The notes beneath the pieces were generated by a model. It worked only from the letters and a program-made list of their open reading frames with translations, did no database searches and was not told the DNA's origin. Shown piece after piece: positions 62,638 through 64,000 of a DNA stretch of 64,000 nt. The position numbers and the translations under genes were made by a program. Numbering within the stretch: the first letter of the stretch is position 1; each line of letters begins with the position of its first letter. Origin of the DNA: Podarcis tiliguerta (taxonomy: Eukaryota); assembly GCA_965153285.1 (NCBI GenBank), contig OZ229115.1; one strand, written 5' to 3'.

Positions 62638-63559
62638 CTGAAGGAAAAGAGGAGATTGCATAAGGGAGGGTAAGGCGGAATCTCTCCACAGGGGAATAGC
62701 CACACTGCTCCAGCTCCTTTTCGGCAAAGGTAACAGGTTTGATTTCCAAAATACAGTAAAGAGCTTTTTAAAAACAGTGTCAAAATGAAGTGGAATTCCT
62801 GCCACTAAGAAGTCTATCCAGGGAAGCAAGAAGTGGTACTGGGACGCAGGAACTAATAAATGGCTACTGGCAAGAGGAGCAGAAACTTTGGCTTGGAAGC
62901 ACAAAGCAAAAACTGGAAAACAATAATGTTTAGTCGCTTTGTTCATAAAAATGACTCAACGCACTTACAGACGCAATAAAAAATACTAAAATGAATTACA
63001 ATAAACATAATAAAAACCTAACAAAGAAGCAAATTGATACAAATAAAAAGGACAGTCCAGCAGATCCTGCTCTGCCAAATATGTAAAAACCCTTCAAACC
63101 AAGGATGAAAAGCCCAAGTAAAATGGAGCAGGTGGACAGACTGTTTCTAAATGTTGGGATGCAAAACGGGAGGTGAATGTGGCAGCCTAGAAGCTATTGT
63201 TCCCAGCAGGATCACTTACGACCAGTCAGGAGAGTGACTGGCAGGCCCAATTTGGCAGGATGGCAACAGGCTGTGGTATAGCCCTGCAAGACCTGGTGGC
63301 TTTATCAGCTGAGAGCTGTGGCTGAATTTAGGTTTCACAAACTACACACATTTACCCACTCAGGCCATTCTGAGGCCAATGTTGAACTTTTTGGAGACCA
63401 CACTGACCTAGCAGCAAGATAGTATTGATTTTCAAAGTCTTATCCAGCATGGAAGAATGGCTCAAAGGGAAGTGACCTGTTGCTCAGAGTGTCCAGCCAA
63501 TCCCTCATCCTATCCAATTAGCCATAATCTGTATGCCTCATTTGGAATGCCAACGTTAC

Positions 63560-63644
63560 CTTCTGATATGCTGCTGCAGGTCGAAGTTCTTAGTGAACGC
63601 CTTATCGCAGTATGTGCATTTCAGTTTTGGTGACTTGGGTTTTC
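63560..63644 (-). CDS. ZNF341: Zinc finger protein 341, internal exon (first in window; approx. human exon 7), 85 bp
   Basis: AG/GT-bounded; reads (G)[27 protein letters not shown](S); phase 1 in, phase 2 out, matching the next exon. Confidence 0.93.
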
Positions 63645-64000
63645 CTGAAATAAAGCAGTAGGAAATAATCATGAGCTCAAATTGGGGAGGCCGCTGTCAT
63701 GGATTCTTACTCCCTCGCTCTCCATTGTGCTAGAACTGTATTTGGGGGCAATGTCTAACGTTGGGATGAAAGTGAAGCATGGAAACAGTTATGGTGGCCA
63801 ATAATCTCAGCTAAGAAGTAGGATCCTTAGTGGGCAAAATAAGCTACTTACACCCAGTAATCACGTTGCCCCTTGTGCTTATGGAGCTGCTTCAACACTT
63901 CAAACTCTGCATTACTAGGGTGAGAAACCTCAAACCAGGAATTCCTACTTTGGATTTTCCCCATATCAGTGTTAATAATCTGGAAGCTGGGATAACACTG

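Noticed and set aside
63852-63907. Possible extra ZNF341 exon ending at a GTAAGT donor
   Set aside because: Poor polypyrimidine tract, phase incompatible with the next exon, no resemblance to ZNF341

Overview
This is vertebrate genomic DNA. The repeat content (Sauria SINEs, Squam2/Squam3-like tRNA SINEs, BovB, L2, CR1) points to a squamate, probably a lacertid lizard. Two protein-coding genes lie on the minus strand. One is the 3' part of ZNF341: nine exons, 63644->54515, all phases consistent, 12 zinc fingers visible. The other is the complete 5-exon CHMP4B (52441->41221, 225 aa), with a CpG-island promoter only about 2 kb after the ZNF341 stop. Positions 1-40 kb contain no recognisable coding exon. 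They hold many transposons with readable TSDs (solo LTRs, hAT and Tc1/mariner MITEs, nested insertions) and several TE-free, homeobox-motif-rich blocks that look like conserved enhancers. The most notable observation is a candidate 6-nt microexon (CTGCAG, +Ala-Ala) in a ZNF341 zinc-finger linker, which was duplicated with both splice sites by a local templated insertion. All calls were made by eye; repeat family names are recognitions, not database hits.
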